This document shows positions 49,141-62,300 of a DNA stretch of 64,000 nt, piece after piece. Under the pieces are notes generated by a model. It worked only from the letters and a program-made list of their open reading frames with translations. It did no database searches and was not told the origin of the DNA. Numbering within the stretch: the first letter of the stretch is position 1; each line of letters begins with the position of its first letter. The translations under genes and the position numbers were made by a program. This DNA comes from Hydrolagus colliei (lineage: Eukaryota), in assembly GCA_035084275.1 (NCBI GenBank), contig CM068755.1:9920001-9984000 (forward strand), given 5' to 3'.

Positions 49141-52100
49141 CCCTACTCCTTCTCTAACTCCCCTTCCCCATGGACTGGTTGGAACGCAAGCTGTTAATAA
49201 TACTTGCAATTCAGAGAGATGCTCGATAGGTTTAGCAGTGGGCAGACGAATGACGTATTGTAATTAATGTTTAAAAAATGTGTGCTAAATATAGCAAATA
49301 GAGTTGCAAATTAGATGGTACATCGTCAAATTAAGTAAATCAGGAGAGAGGATGAAATCTGGTGTTTGCAGCAAGTCGTAAAATCAGTAGAAAGCATTCA
49401 GAAAGATCAACCAAGATAGCAGCTGGTTTTAGATTCCTAAGAATGTGAGGAGAAGTTAATGCATTCCTCCTGCAAATGAATGATTGAAAATAATCAAGAG
49501 AAATAACATTTTATTTCACATGATTATTTTCAATCATTCATTTGCAGTGAAGTGCTTTTGTGCAAAGAACAAGTCAAGCTAACCACTACAATGCAGGATT
49601 CAGCAGGAAATTGGTTGATGCTTGGTTGGAGTTGCTGTCCTTCAGATGAGATGTTAACCAGGGTCAGCATTTTGGGACATCCTCCCGACGTGAAAGGCGC
49701 TATATAAGCGCAATTTTGTTTGTGTGTTGTTTGTTGTTTGTCTGCCTGCCTGTTCAGGTGAACATTAAAAATCCCATGGCACTCTTTAAAAAGAGAAGGG
49801 GAGTTTCTTTCTCCTAGTGTCCTGGCCAACAATCCCCCCCCCCCACCGACCCCCGCAATTTAAAAATTGTTCACTCATTTTATAGCTGTGTCTATGCTCA
49901 ATTGTGCTGCCATGTTTACCTACAAATATACAGTAGCTCCATTTCACTGTAAATTTCTGTGAAGGAAACTTCCTTTGAGACATCCTTCCAAGGTGATAAG
50001 GAGCGGTACCAAAGGCACTGTTGTTTCAGAGCTTTCAGGTGGGTTTAGTTCTTGGAACTGTCTTCTTCAGACACTAATCACGTCTTGCCATATTGGAAGT
50101 CTGTAAATGTGTGCGTTGCAGCAGATGTTGTGGCTTCTGTGGCAGATGTTGCAGCTGCTGCAACACAAACTCTTGCATTCCATGTTGTTACGCACAACTC
50201 ACAAGCTCCAGTTCACAATGAAATCCTGTGATGTGACCTTTCCACTCGATTTTATGGTATTTAAACAATTTTCAGCTGCAAATATGATAGGCACTGCAGT
50301 AATATAATCGCACATGTCTCTGTTTATGGGCTTGACAATTTTTGTTGCAAAGCATTTTACCGCTGGCATTACACCTTTTGATGTTCATTATTACATACTG
50401 ATAGAGTTGGAATTACAACCCTCCCTCCACAATGTGCGGTTACAGCGTTGGCCAGCACTAAAACCTGCCTATCGTGTAACAGTAACTCAATGCATTTTGT
50501 CAGTTCTCAGCTGGATAGCATGTTTCACTGCCTAATACAAGTGAATTGGAAACCTAGCCTTGCAAGTGGCAGCATCCTTGCCGTGTGATGAACATTTTGT
50601 TTGCAGCCATGAACAATATGCTGAGTAAATAAAGTGGAGGTCTCAAGGGAATTATAACCACATTGAATGAGCCAACCTTTTTCTCATGACAAATGCACGG
50701 GTCATTTAACATGTGAGCCATTTTAAAATGATGTTTCTTCAGTTTTAATTTACTGTCACCACCTAACAAATCTTTATGCTTCAGAAATAGAGATTTATAT
50801 ACAACTATTCATATTAAATCACTGAAGCCATATTAATCACCATTGTGCTAAATGTCCAAGGCAATTGTGAGACAGAAGATTTAATAAAGAGAAACATTGA
50901 ACAGTAAAAGGAGAAACAGCGAGGAATACGGCAGAGGTGATATTGGGTGGGGTAACTGGGGTAATGAATGCTGTTTTGAATGCTGACACTGTGATGGTTA
51001 GATTTTCTGAAGCAAGTTACTGTTCAGTTTGGAGCTCAGCACATATCAGACAAACTCAGTTAGCAAGCACTCTCATCACTGAGCCAGGAGGTTGTAGGTT
51101 AAAGCGCCAGGTTAGGACTTTATGAGCTCATAGTCTGGGCTGAGACTCCAGTGCAAAACTGTGTTCTTGGCAATGTTGGATGTCCCTTCCTTCAGATGAA
51201 ATATTAAACTGTGGTTCCGTTTGCCCGTTCAAGTGCACAATGAAGATCCCATGGCACTGACTGAAAAGTGAAGGTGTGATGGCCAACAATCATCTGGGGA
51301 AAAACGCAAAATACTGCAGACGCTGGAGATCGGAAACAAAAACAGAAATCACTGTGAACACTCAGCGGGTCAAGCAGCAGCTATGGAGAATGGAAAGTGA
51401 GTCAACGTTTCGGGTCCACGACCCTTCTGATCCCTCTGGACCCCAAACGTTGACTCAGTTTCCTTTCTCCAATCACCTGGAGAAAATGGATTATTCATCT
51501 TATCTGCGGCAAATTGGATGCTGCATTTTACAGGATGCTTCAAATATAGTCACTACACTCCAGAAAATCCAGTAAAGCACTTTAAGATGTTTTGACGATA
51601 TGATAATAATAATAATAATCCTTGCAATTGATATAGCGCTTTTCACATCTTTTAGACGTCTCAAATCACTTCACAGAATATACTATAAAGCAAATTGACT
51701 GTATATTTATGGGCGAAAGGCGGCAGCCAATCACGCACAGCAGTGTCCCACAAACAGCCATGGATTGAAATGACCAATTTTATTATTGATAGGGTGTGAA
51801 ATACAAGGATTATTATCATCATTATTACTACAGTATGCAGAGCAACATTGTAAATTGCATGCTTTTATTTTACAGTTCAAATCTTAAAAATAAGTTAAGT
51901 TGCTAAGTTCCTAACATGTACAACGTGCCCTCTGTTTTAGAATACAGCGCTATGGCTTAGCTCTGGATTGAATATGGCTTGATGTGCTGGATGCAGAGCT
52001 ACTGCTGCTGTTGGGGTTGGGTTCAGTGCCTCTTGATGAACCTTGATAAGCAATCCACTATTTAGAGTAATGGACTTCATTCATTATTATCTCAGTTGAT

Positions 52101-52960
52101 TTTCATTTACACTTAGCTCTAACAATTAACTTGAGCAGCTGTGAAGGTGATGAAAGGAGTGGAACACTCAGAGGTCAGGGACTGTTGTATGTGATAAATT
52201 AAATACTATTATCAACAGTGAAAGCACCTCACACTTTCATCAGCTATAAACGAAGAGGTGCAGAGGCAAACAAATACTCAGTTAACAATCAATTACAAAA
52301 ATTCTGCATTATTAATAATGCATCTTTGACGTGAGGATTTAGCCCTATCTGTGGCTGTAAACCCTGACAATTTCAATTTGATAATCGAGTACATTTAAAT
52401 CACAAGTAACATGGGGGAAACTATGTAAATTATGCATTATTTGGGGGATTCACAGAAATCATGACTGAACTTTTTTTTAACCCCTTTGATGGTCAAAATT
52501 TCTATGGCCTGAAATTTCTCACATTCTAACCTTAAAGCCAGTGCTTTAAAATTTAAGATTGTACAGAACTTTGGAAAATCATCTTCAAACCAGTCTTACA
52601 ACACAAGTTCCACAGTTCTTTTTCAGAACATTGGCTTCCAAATAAAGACTGTTTTCAAAATATTTTGTTTGGTCTTAAACGGTAAGACAAGAAATTTGAC
52701 CCAAGGACTTAAAATAAAAACAATACTTTTGCTATTCTAACATTCTATAAATTATAAATATCCATACAACAAATAGATTTTTAAAATAAAATGTAACAAA
52801 ACATTTGTAGACTTCGTAAAGATTGGGAGTGTTTTGAAAGCTGAACAGGCTTTTGATCCCTCAAAGAGTTAATAACACATTAAATTTATCAATTTTCTTA
52901 CTTTTTTCAGTAATTGAGTAGTTTGACATCAGACTCATGGACAGTGCTCCCAATTGATCT

Positions 52961-53229
52961 AATAATAATCCTTGCATTTGATAATAGTACTTTTCACATC
53001 TGGAAGAGTGCTTCACAAAATGCAGTGTATATTTTGTGGGCGAAATGCGACACCCAATTGTGCACAGCAGTGTCCTACAAACAGTCATGGATTGAGATGA
53101 CCAATTTTTTTTGGAGGGATTATTATCGGGCATGTGGAGTCAGGAAACTTGGCCAAGATTTTGACCTGCCGGGAACTCAGGTTTCTCGCTGGTAAGGCAA
53201 GTGCTCTAACCACTGAGCTACATGACTCC
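52961..53229 (-). mobile_element. tRNA-derived SINE, full length
   Basis: Reverse-complement copy; ends gtgctctaaccactgagctacatgactcc. Confidence 0.85.
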
Positions 53230-56200
53230 ATGATATTATTGTACTCCTAAAAACAGAGAAGGTGGAAAACCTTTTTTTGCTGGCAATTAGTATGACTGCT
53301 TCTGGGGTTTTAACCCACAACATCCTGACTCAATGCTGAGAGTGTTGCCAACTGTTTGTAGTTTTCATTTGGTGGAAACTAACAAATAACATGCCAGGGT
53401 AAACAAGATTGAATAAGGGTCAGAAGCAAATATAGTTTTGACAAATATTCAATTTAACCATTTATCAACATATTCGAATGTGATAATTGAATATCACAAT
53501 AACTCCCTCTGGCAACATGGAGATTTCAATCTTTTCAAAAAAAATTTGTTGAAATACTTATTATTAATTCGGAATCACATTCCTTTATAGTTGAGCTCGT
53601 AAAGAAAGGAGGAGGACTAACATGGGGACAAATGTAGGCTGAGCTGTTGAAAGCGAGCGTAAGTATATTCTATCATTAAATTATGTAAATAGTTTGCCTC
53701 ACTTTTGTGCAGTTTTTGAGATCTAAGCATTGGTGCACTCTTGGCTGTTAGAGGTCCAGGAAACCAGAAGAATTATATCTAACAATTATTAGAGAAATCA
53801 CTCTGAAGGAATTTGCAAATGTGTTCATTCAAATTTGTAAATTATGTGATAACCAAATTCAATACAACAAAATTCATTATCCAACGGATCCACATAAATA
53901 AAATGTTAGACTTCAAAAGCTTTTAGCAATTCAGGATGTATTAGGAAAATATAGAAGCAGTCATACTAATTGCCAGTAAATCAAAGCCGACAACAGACTG
54001 AGCATACCAATTCAAATTCAACAAATACGAGAATAAGATGCAGATTTAAGTCACACTTTAAGTAATTGTTTGGTTATTGACTGAAATTCATCCCCTGCGT
54101 CCCGCAGATAAGCAGATAAGACGCAGATGACTGTAAGAAGGATTCTCAATAGGTTTCAGGGAATCTCTGTAAATTGGATCAAAACAATTTTCCTGCAGAT
54201 TAGCTCAATGCATTTCCTGTTGCCAGAGGGAGTACCCGTGAGCATGCCTTGTTAAGAAATACCTCAGTTTGGGCAGTGTTGCACTAGTTACAATTAACCA
54301 AAGGTACAATGGGTTGCCAAGAATCAGAAGGCACAGTGATCAGCAAACAGCACTGACACACCTAGACAACTAAACACATATTGATATTATGGAGTGAAAT
54401 TATGTACCCACGCACAACCCATTTGTGCTCAGATAGTCACTCCTGATGCTATTTGTCATCCAGGGAGTGACAAACACAATTACACTGTAGTGCTAATAGA
54501 GTGGAAGGGCAAAACTGGTTGACCTCAGCATTCTGGGTCGATGCAAATGTTTGATGTCTCATTGAATTAGTATCACAGTGTGAAAGACAAAGCTTAAACT
54601 AATGGAAATGAGCTTAGACATGCAATAGTGCTGATTGGACTGATATAATTAGAATAATATTATTCACTGAGCTAATAACTGGAAGAAGAAATGAATAGCC
54701 CTCAGAGATTTACATGGGAGGGTATTACAGTACACAGTCATCAAATATGCTGAGGATAGCATTTTGTTTACTCACAGAATGCTAATGCGAAACAATTTAG
54801 AATGAGTTCTTTATCTTTATTTCTCTGATGATAAATGGGAAAATCCAGGTCAACATTTTCGACCATTATTTTAGTCCATTTTCCTCCTGCTGCACAATGG
54901 GTTATTTACTTGTGTGCCAATGTCTTCAAACTGTGTAGCCTTTCAGGGTTTATTGTTGGGTGTGAATGATAAATGTTTAGCCATCTCAGTGCCATACAGT
55001 ATCATGTTGTACAGTACTGCTCTGATATTAGTTTGTGTATGTGTGTAATTAAAGCCTGAGCTAATGAAGTTGTGGATATCAAAAATAGCCCAAATAAAAA
55101 TACAAAGAAATAGCATCTTCATTGTAAATGCTTTGTCAGTCTGGATATAGGATTTAGTAGTAGAAAGATGATGTTTGATTGCGATGCAATGGTATGGGAT
55201 GGGATAGGTTGCTTTGCACAGGTGTTAGAGAACTTGCACCTGAAGACATTCCTCTTTGACCATGCCTCCACTCATCTCCATCGGCTCAGTCTCTGCCACA
55301 GTCATGCACTCTGGGTGCTTCCTTGCTTGCAGGGCGCTACATAAGTGCAAGTTGTTGTTGTACCTGGTGACAGATGAGAAGGAGAATGTGTGAATTTACC
55401 CTGTCTGGCACGTCCACTTCTCTCCACCAGCCCTTCAGACCAGTGCACAGCTCACTGAGATGCAGGGAGAAGTCTGAGTTGGTTCCCGCTGTGTGATTGT
55501 TGAGCGAGTTGACGACCTAAGTGAGTTGCAAGGCCATCTGAAGCAAACTGGACAAAGTCATTCCGGTCATGTAACAGGTATGTAGCAACTTCTTTGTGCT
55601 ATTAGGCAGTGGGAACGTACGGCACCCTTTGTGGCCGAGTTGTGTGATGTGTAGCAGACGCATAATATACAGTACCTACATGCATAATATACAAACACAG
55701 AAACTTTATGTGTCATCTGATTTTTGTCATAGGTGTGCATCTCAAAAGGAAAAGGCAGGCAGCTTCGACAGTGGAGCACTATATAAAAATTCTTTCAACA
55801 TAACTATTGTCAACGGTGCTACTGTACAGCCATGAAATGAGCAAATGCAATGTTTTGGTGTGCAGCCGAATAGCAATCTCATGGTTTTACAAACAGAAAA
55901 GCAATAAAGAATAGGTGCGTGTTTGTAGAGTCAGTTCATTAAATAATATTGCTGCTAGTTTCTTTATGCAGAGAAACAAATGAATAAATTTTCATAATCC
56001 AGAAATGGTTTGGGTGTGTGTGAACATAAACTTTAAGGTCCAAAAACATTGTTGCAGATCAAAAATCATTTTAATTAAACTTTTTTTTAACTCTGCAATT
56101 ATGTGATTGCCTCCTAACACAATTGCATATTTTCTAACTGGGCATTTATAAATTGTTTGTCTTCAATCATTGCTTTGCTGCATTTTATTTTGCGAAGTTT

Positions 56201-58992
56201 GTGATTAGCTGAGGTTGGTGCCCACTCATCATGAACAGAATGCGAGGGGAAAGAAACGTTGCACTGCATCACCCCTTGCATCAGCAGAGAACAATTTCAC
56301 TCGTGTTATAATGTATTGTCCGCACAGACATTTTTGAAAGTGATGAGGCCCAAATTTCCGTCTGCTCTTAGCCCGTCCTCACCTTCCATCTTAAAATTGA
56401 ACTTGCACAAAGGTGTGAAAATATCTTAAATGTATTTTTAATCTAAACTAATCCTAATAGTTCTAAAAAAAAACTGGCTTTCAAAATTTCTACATAAATT
56501 GCCTGATCTTGGCTTTAAAACAAAATATGTTTTAGAGATTGTGAGCATTCAAGCTACTGAACAGGGCCAAGGAAAGATGAGAACATATACTAAGGAATAA
56601 GAATAATCCTTACATTTGATATCAAGCCTTTCACATCAGGAGGACATGTCAAAGAGCTTTACAGGATTTGCTGTAAAATGTAGTGATTGTATATTTTGTA
56701 GGAGAACACACTTACAAATAGTTTCTATCAGAGTAGTTTCTTATCATTTAAGTCAAGATTTTAGTTTGGTCTTAAAAGCTTGCGAAATACAGTAACCTTT
56801 ATAAAGGTTCCAGGATGTGTGAATCACATCATTTGTAATCTATTTGTTGCAGTCTGCGTTCCGGAAACTGGTTCAATTCAATGTAAAGAATGAAATGGAG
56901 CAGCTTCCATTGGTCCTTCACGTTCTACGCGACATCCCTACTCCCGAGTAGCACATTATTATTCTAATGACAGTGCTCATTGCAAGTGCCAGGAGCTCTT
57001 TTGGATCGGCGCCCAATCTAATATGGAATGCTGCAGAACACACACAGTAATGCTGCGCTTCCCGGTAACTGGAGAAAGTGGGGAATTGACTGAAAAACAG
57101 AGCAGGGTGTTTCAGTCTGCACAAGAGAAGAGAACACTTGATAGTGTCTGACAGATTTAGAGCATGCAAAATCCCCTGAAAACATATTTAAATATAGGCT
57201 GTTTGATGGTTTTTATGACAGCTGCCACACAGTTATGGGGAGAAAAAAAAGCAATGGCTTGCTTGATTTACATAATATTTGGGACTTGGCCCTTTATATT
57301 TGCACAAACAGAATCACTTAACAGGACGTTGGTGCCAGAAATAAGTAAAGCTGAACGGAACCCCTTAAGAATTTTATAGGATTTGCGTGATACTAATTTC
57401 CGGGCACATCAATAGTAGAATTGGCTAATTAGTGTGTCACTCTGGAACGCAGGAGATGCTGTGTGCTTGTGTGGAAATTACAGAGTGGTTTCCAAATTAG
57501 TTCTGTTTAATTTAAATCTATTAATAATCAGTTTCTGATGAAATTTTGAAAATATTAGCTGCCCACAACCTACATCTGTAAGATGATACTTTATTACTGT
57601 GTCCCTCATAGTGAGTACAACAATGCTGGTTCATGCCAATGCAATAAATATTGATAATAATCCTTGTTTTTGATATAGCACCTTATCACATCTTTTAAAT
57701 GACTCAATGTGCTTCACAGAATATACTGTAAAGTCAATTGAATAATATATTTTGTGGGCAAAATGAACTTAATTTAAAGAAACCTATCAAATAAATAAAC
57801 AACTCAAACGTTGACATATTATGTTTATCTGGCAAACAATTTAATTACCAGCAACATGGGTTTCACATGGATACATGCAGCAGACTTATTTGGGAGTGAC
57901 GTAATGCAGAGAAGCAAATGAGATGGGGAAACGTTGAGGAATGCAGGGTTCTAGCATCAAGTTACAATTGTATAGTGCCTTTCATAGCGTTAGGACATCA
58001 GAAGGCACTAGGTGTGGGAGGAATGTAGCCATTCAATACTGAACCTGTACTGCTAGTCCCAACAATTCCATTGATAAACTGTAGCAGATCGCAAGGCAAA
58101 ATAATACTTTGAAAAGTTGGTAGTTATTGGAGAGTTGGGAGACATTGGCAAGAGCTTTATCATTTTACAATTTGTTGCTTTCCACCTTAAATTGGATGGA
58201 AAAGATTGAGTCCCCAATATGGTACGTAGATAGGCCTTTGCAAAGGAATAGGCTAAATGGGCCAAAGCTGCAATGCATTTTAATGCTTGATCCCAGAGGC
58301 GGGACTTTGGAAGAACATTGATTTGATTGAAAGAGCTTATCCTCCTCTGGGGCAACATTCTTAACGTGACCCTCAATGATTCAAATAAAGTCAAACGAAC
58401 ACCCAAATTATCCTGGGATAGACCACGGCGGTTGAGCAATCGCTGGTCTCCTTTGAGGAAGCTTGCCAGTGTTCACACAGCGGATGCTTTTCACCGTGGC
58501 TTCCCATATTACCAGATACAACAGTGACATCATGTGGGAAGTGACAATAGGATATGGCTACCCACTCCCACGCTGCACTGCTTCCCTCAGGGACCCGCAT
58601 AACAAACACCAGTTTGCTGCAGATAAACAAATAAATCACTGCTTTGTAATGAAGTCACTTTTTTGCTGTGGCCTTTCCTGGAGATTTTTGTAAACAGTTT
58701 GATTACACTATCAATTTAAAGGGAGCACGAACTACTTCTCTGAGATCTGCATAATCTCCTACGTGTGTGGCTTGTTAAACTGCGGGAAGCTCTACACCAG
58801 AAGAGGCGCAGATGTGTGTGTTTGTGTGTGCGCACGCCATTAAAAACTGAGATGATCAAGAAATTACAGAGCCTAGTGTGGAGTCCCGTACACAGCACCG
58901 CTCCAATGCTGTCATTTCTATATGTAAATACAAGGCTGGCAATTTGCAATAATGTGAATGTTGCAGATTAACTCTCACTAATGGTCACAATC

Positions 58993-59365
58993 AACAACAA
59001 CTTGCATTCACATAGTGCCCTCCATGCCGGGTACTGTCTCAGAGCACTTAACAGTGGCGGATCCCGACTCTGGGCTGAGGGAGTTTTGGCCATAAGCACG
59101 GTGGAAGAGGAAGGTTTACAGGCGGGACTGCAAAAGGGGGAGAGAGGCAGTGAGGTAGAGGAATTGAGGGAGAGTGTTTCAGAGATTGGGGGCATAGTAC
59201 CCGAAAGTGCAACCTCCGATGGTGGGGCAGAGGGTGCGAGGGACGAGCAGGAGGCCGGTGCCAATTAAGCAGAGGATGCGGATGGTGGTTTGGAGAGTGA
59301 GGAGGTCGGAAAGGTAGGGAGATGCCAGGATGTGAGTGGATTTAAACACAGGTGGGAGGATCTTG
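58993..59365 (-). mobile_element. L2-like LINE 3' fragment
   Basis: aacaacaacttgcatt tail on +; purine-rich reverse complement of an L2 ORF2 end. Confidence 0.75.
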
Positions 59366-62300
59366 AAGTCAAAATTAACAAACTACCTTTGGGAAGGAAT
59401 ACCACATGGGTGTACATTTTGCTCTTCAATTCATCCAAAATTTGGCAAATTATTAAATATAGTCTTCCTTTTTAAGCCTACTTTCTTCTTTGAAAGTTCT
59501 TTCAAGTAAATATAGACCCAGGTGGAATCTCTTTCCCCTATGGTGTTTAATTAAATTGAACTAACAAAGAACTTTGTTGAGTTAACTGAGAGATTTGGAT
59601 GTGGTTGAGTGAAATAATTGAACCTCAGAATAGGTGGCTAGTGCAGTACCTTTCAGTACCTGGAATCAACTAATGACCTCCAGTTTGGCAAAGGAGCATT
59701 TAAGTGCTGTATTTAAGGATATTTTTAAATACTATATCTAAATTTGAGAATTAATGAGCTCCACGTGGCTATTTGTAGAATGTTGTATATTTTACTCTGA
59801 ATGAAGGTGTTTCTGGATTAATGGTTACCAGTAATTGTCTTGATCAAACAAGCATTTGTTTAAATACTTTAATTTTCTAGCTTTTTTTTGAAAGAACTGA
59901 TTGAGGAAAGTTACTTGCAACTACCAACAACTGCTGACAGTCATGGTATACACTTTCCGTAATCAACACAGCATCATTGAACCAGTTACTGTTTATTTGT
60001 ACCCACCTTTGAAATTGTCACTTTAATGAGCTCTGATGAGAACTTTTAAGACTGACTTAGATATTTTCCCAAACAAAATATTTGCTTATCCCATTGTTGC
60101 AATATTTCCATCTCAGCTCGAATATAGTTTATTTTGCCGTAAATGTTTGAAACCCTTCATAACATTACAACGGAGCCTGTTAAATTTTAGCTTTAAAATC
60201 CAAACTGTGTTATAGTTTAAGGCTGAGGTGTATTTGGTTCTTAGGAAAAATGGAAGAAGGTGATTGTTTTTTGAGTCCACAGATTTGTCCAGTTTATTTT
60301 GAACATATTCATCATTATAAGGGTATATGGAGAAATGATTGTGTTGATGTGAAATATATATTTGTTAACACTGACATTTTAGTTAATAATAAGAGGGTTA
60401 AACTGAGATGACAGATGGGAGTTGCTAATAAATCAGATTGGGAAAAATCAAGTATACCTGTGTAAAATAATAATTACATTTGACATGGCACCTTATAGGT
60501 CAAGAGGGCGACTCACAGTACTTCACAAGGATAAGATGTACAGTGTATTTTGCAGCGAAAGACAGCAGCCAATTTGAGCACAGCAATGTCCCACAAACAG
60601 CCTTTCTATTAGAAAACTGACAATTTCCAAAGGGTTGGAAAGGAGTCTTGTTCTTTAGATGTGCAGTTGTGAAACGAAGTAAAGCCAGATGAAGGTAACG
60701 GTAGTAACTTGGGATTTTTAACATCCACCTGAACAGGCCTTGGTTTGGAGTTGGGTGTCAGCTTGGAATATATGTCCAAGTCTTGACGTGGGGCTTGAAC
60801 CCACAGGTTTCTGACTTGGAGGTGAGAAAGCTACCAGCTGAGCTAGACTGCCACACAAAATATGGGAACATCTTAGTTGTTTGCATCTGTGTTCCCCCTC
60901 AGAACAGCACAGAATGGCAATAAAACTCAAATAGGTTCATTAAAAACAGCGCATGAACTAGCAGTATTCTTAAAAATAATATCGCTTCCTAACATGTCAT
61001 CATTTATTTAGTTTGTGTGGTAAATTAATTCCAGGGTGCAAACCAAGTCATGGTAAACATATTACTGAAGCCTCGCAGGCTAGGTGTGACTTCAGCCAAT
61101 CAGGTATACGCTCAGTGGGATACTGACAATCTTGCTCCTAAGAACAGGTGAAAGCAATAGCTGAGGTCAATCAAATCAGCTCCTTCCCCAGACCCCACAC
61201 ACCCAATCCTCCTTTTGTCTTCTGCTCCCCCGCATCCTTTACATAGATGAGCCACGATTCGCAAAGGAAAGTGAAGAAAATGTTTAGCTCTCGTCCTCAT
61301 CTCGCCACAAAACTCCACAAATTTCAACTCAAATTTCTTAGTCTCTCGATGCCAGCAACATTATAAACCAAATAATGAAAAGGTGGCTATTTTAGGTCCC
61401 CATACATACATCCCTATAGAGCAAACTGAACACCCTTGTTCAGTTTTTTGTTGCTTACTACACATCTTTTGTTTTCTTTTGGTTTGTTGCTCTCCAACCA
61501 ACCTTTTCCTTTAGGCGCAAATAAAGAATGATGTATTGCAAGATAGTTTTTTGCGAGGAGAAACAATTTTGCTGAGGTGTGCAACTCCTCCATGCCATAT
61601 GTATGTTTGTGTATGTACTGCAAACTTGCTTGGGTGTGCGTTTAGTTTTGGGGGTGGGGTGTGTGCTGTACATCATTAATTGTTGGAGGGCCTGTTCTTT
61701 GAATCAACCGCCTTCCGAAACAGATGGAAAGTTTCTCCCACTTTCCTGGCCAGCACTCCTCCGAGTGAATTGATCATCCATCTCATGGCTGATCGTGTGA
61801 TCTTGCTGAGGTGTTTGTGTGTGTGCGCTTGTGAGTTTGTGTGTGTCTCTCTCTGTCACATATATAAAAGATTGTCAGGTCAATGCTTGAATGGCTTATT
61901 TTTCAGTCAATTAATTTTTAAAATGGAAAAATTGCCCAGTTTGCTATTGTCACCCATTATTGCACCAGTTGTGCTACACACCAATAGAGGTGTATGATCA
62001 GAAGATCTAGTTTGCTTGCACCCTGCTATTTCACCCCAGCAAAACAAGAGTTAAGAAGGGATCTAAGTATTTTTAGATGTCCTCTTGAAGTGAAAGATAT
62101 TTATATCAATATAAATTTGCTTTCCCATTCACTATCTAATTTTGTTAAATTGTTCCCTTATGTTTAGCCTGTTAATTTGCAGCAAACCTCAAATATTGTT
62201 CTGGTCCTTTTTCACAAGGTACATCTAAGCAGCACATTTTATATTGGATTTTCCTGCAATACTGGGCTAACTATTTTAATGTACCAGATTTACCCTATGG

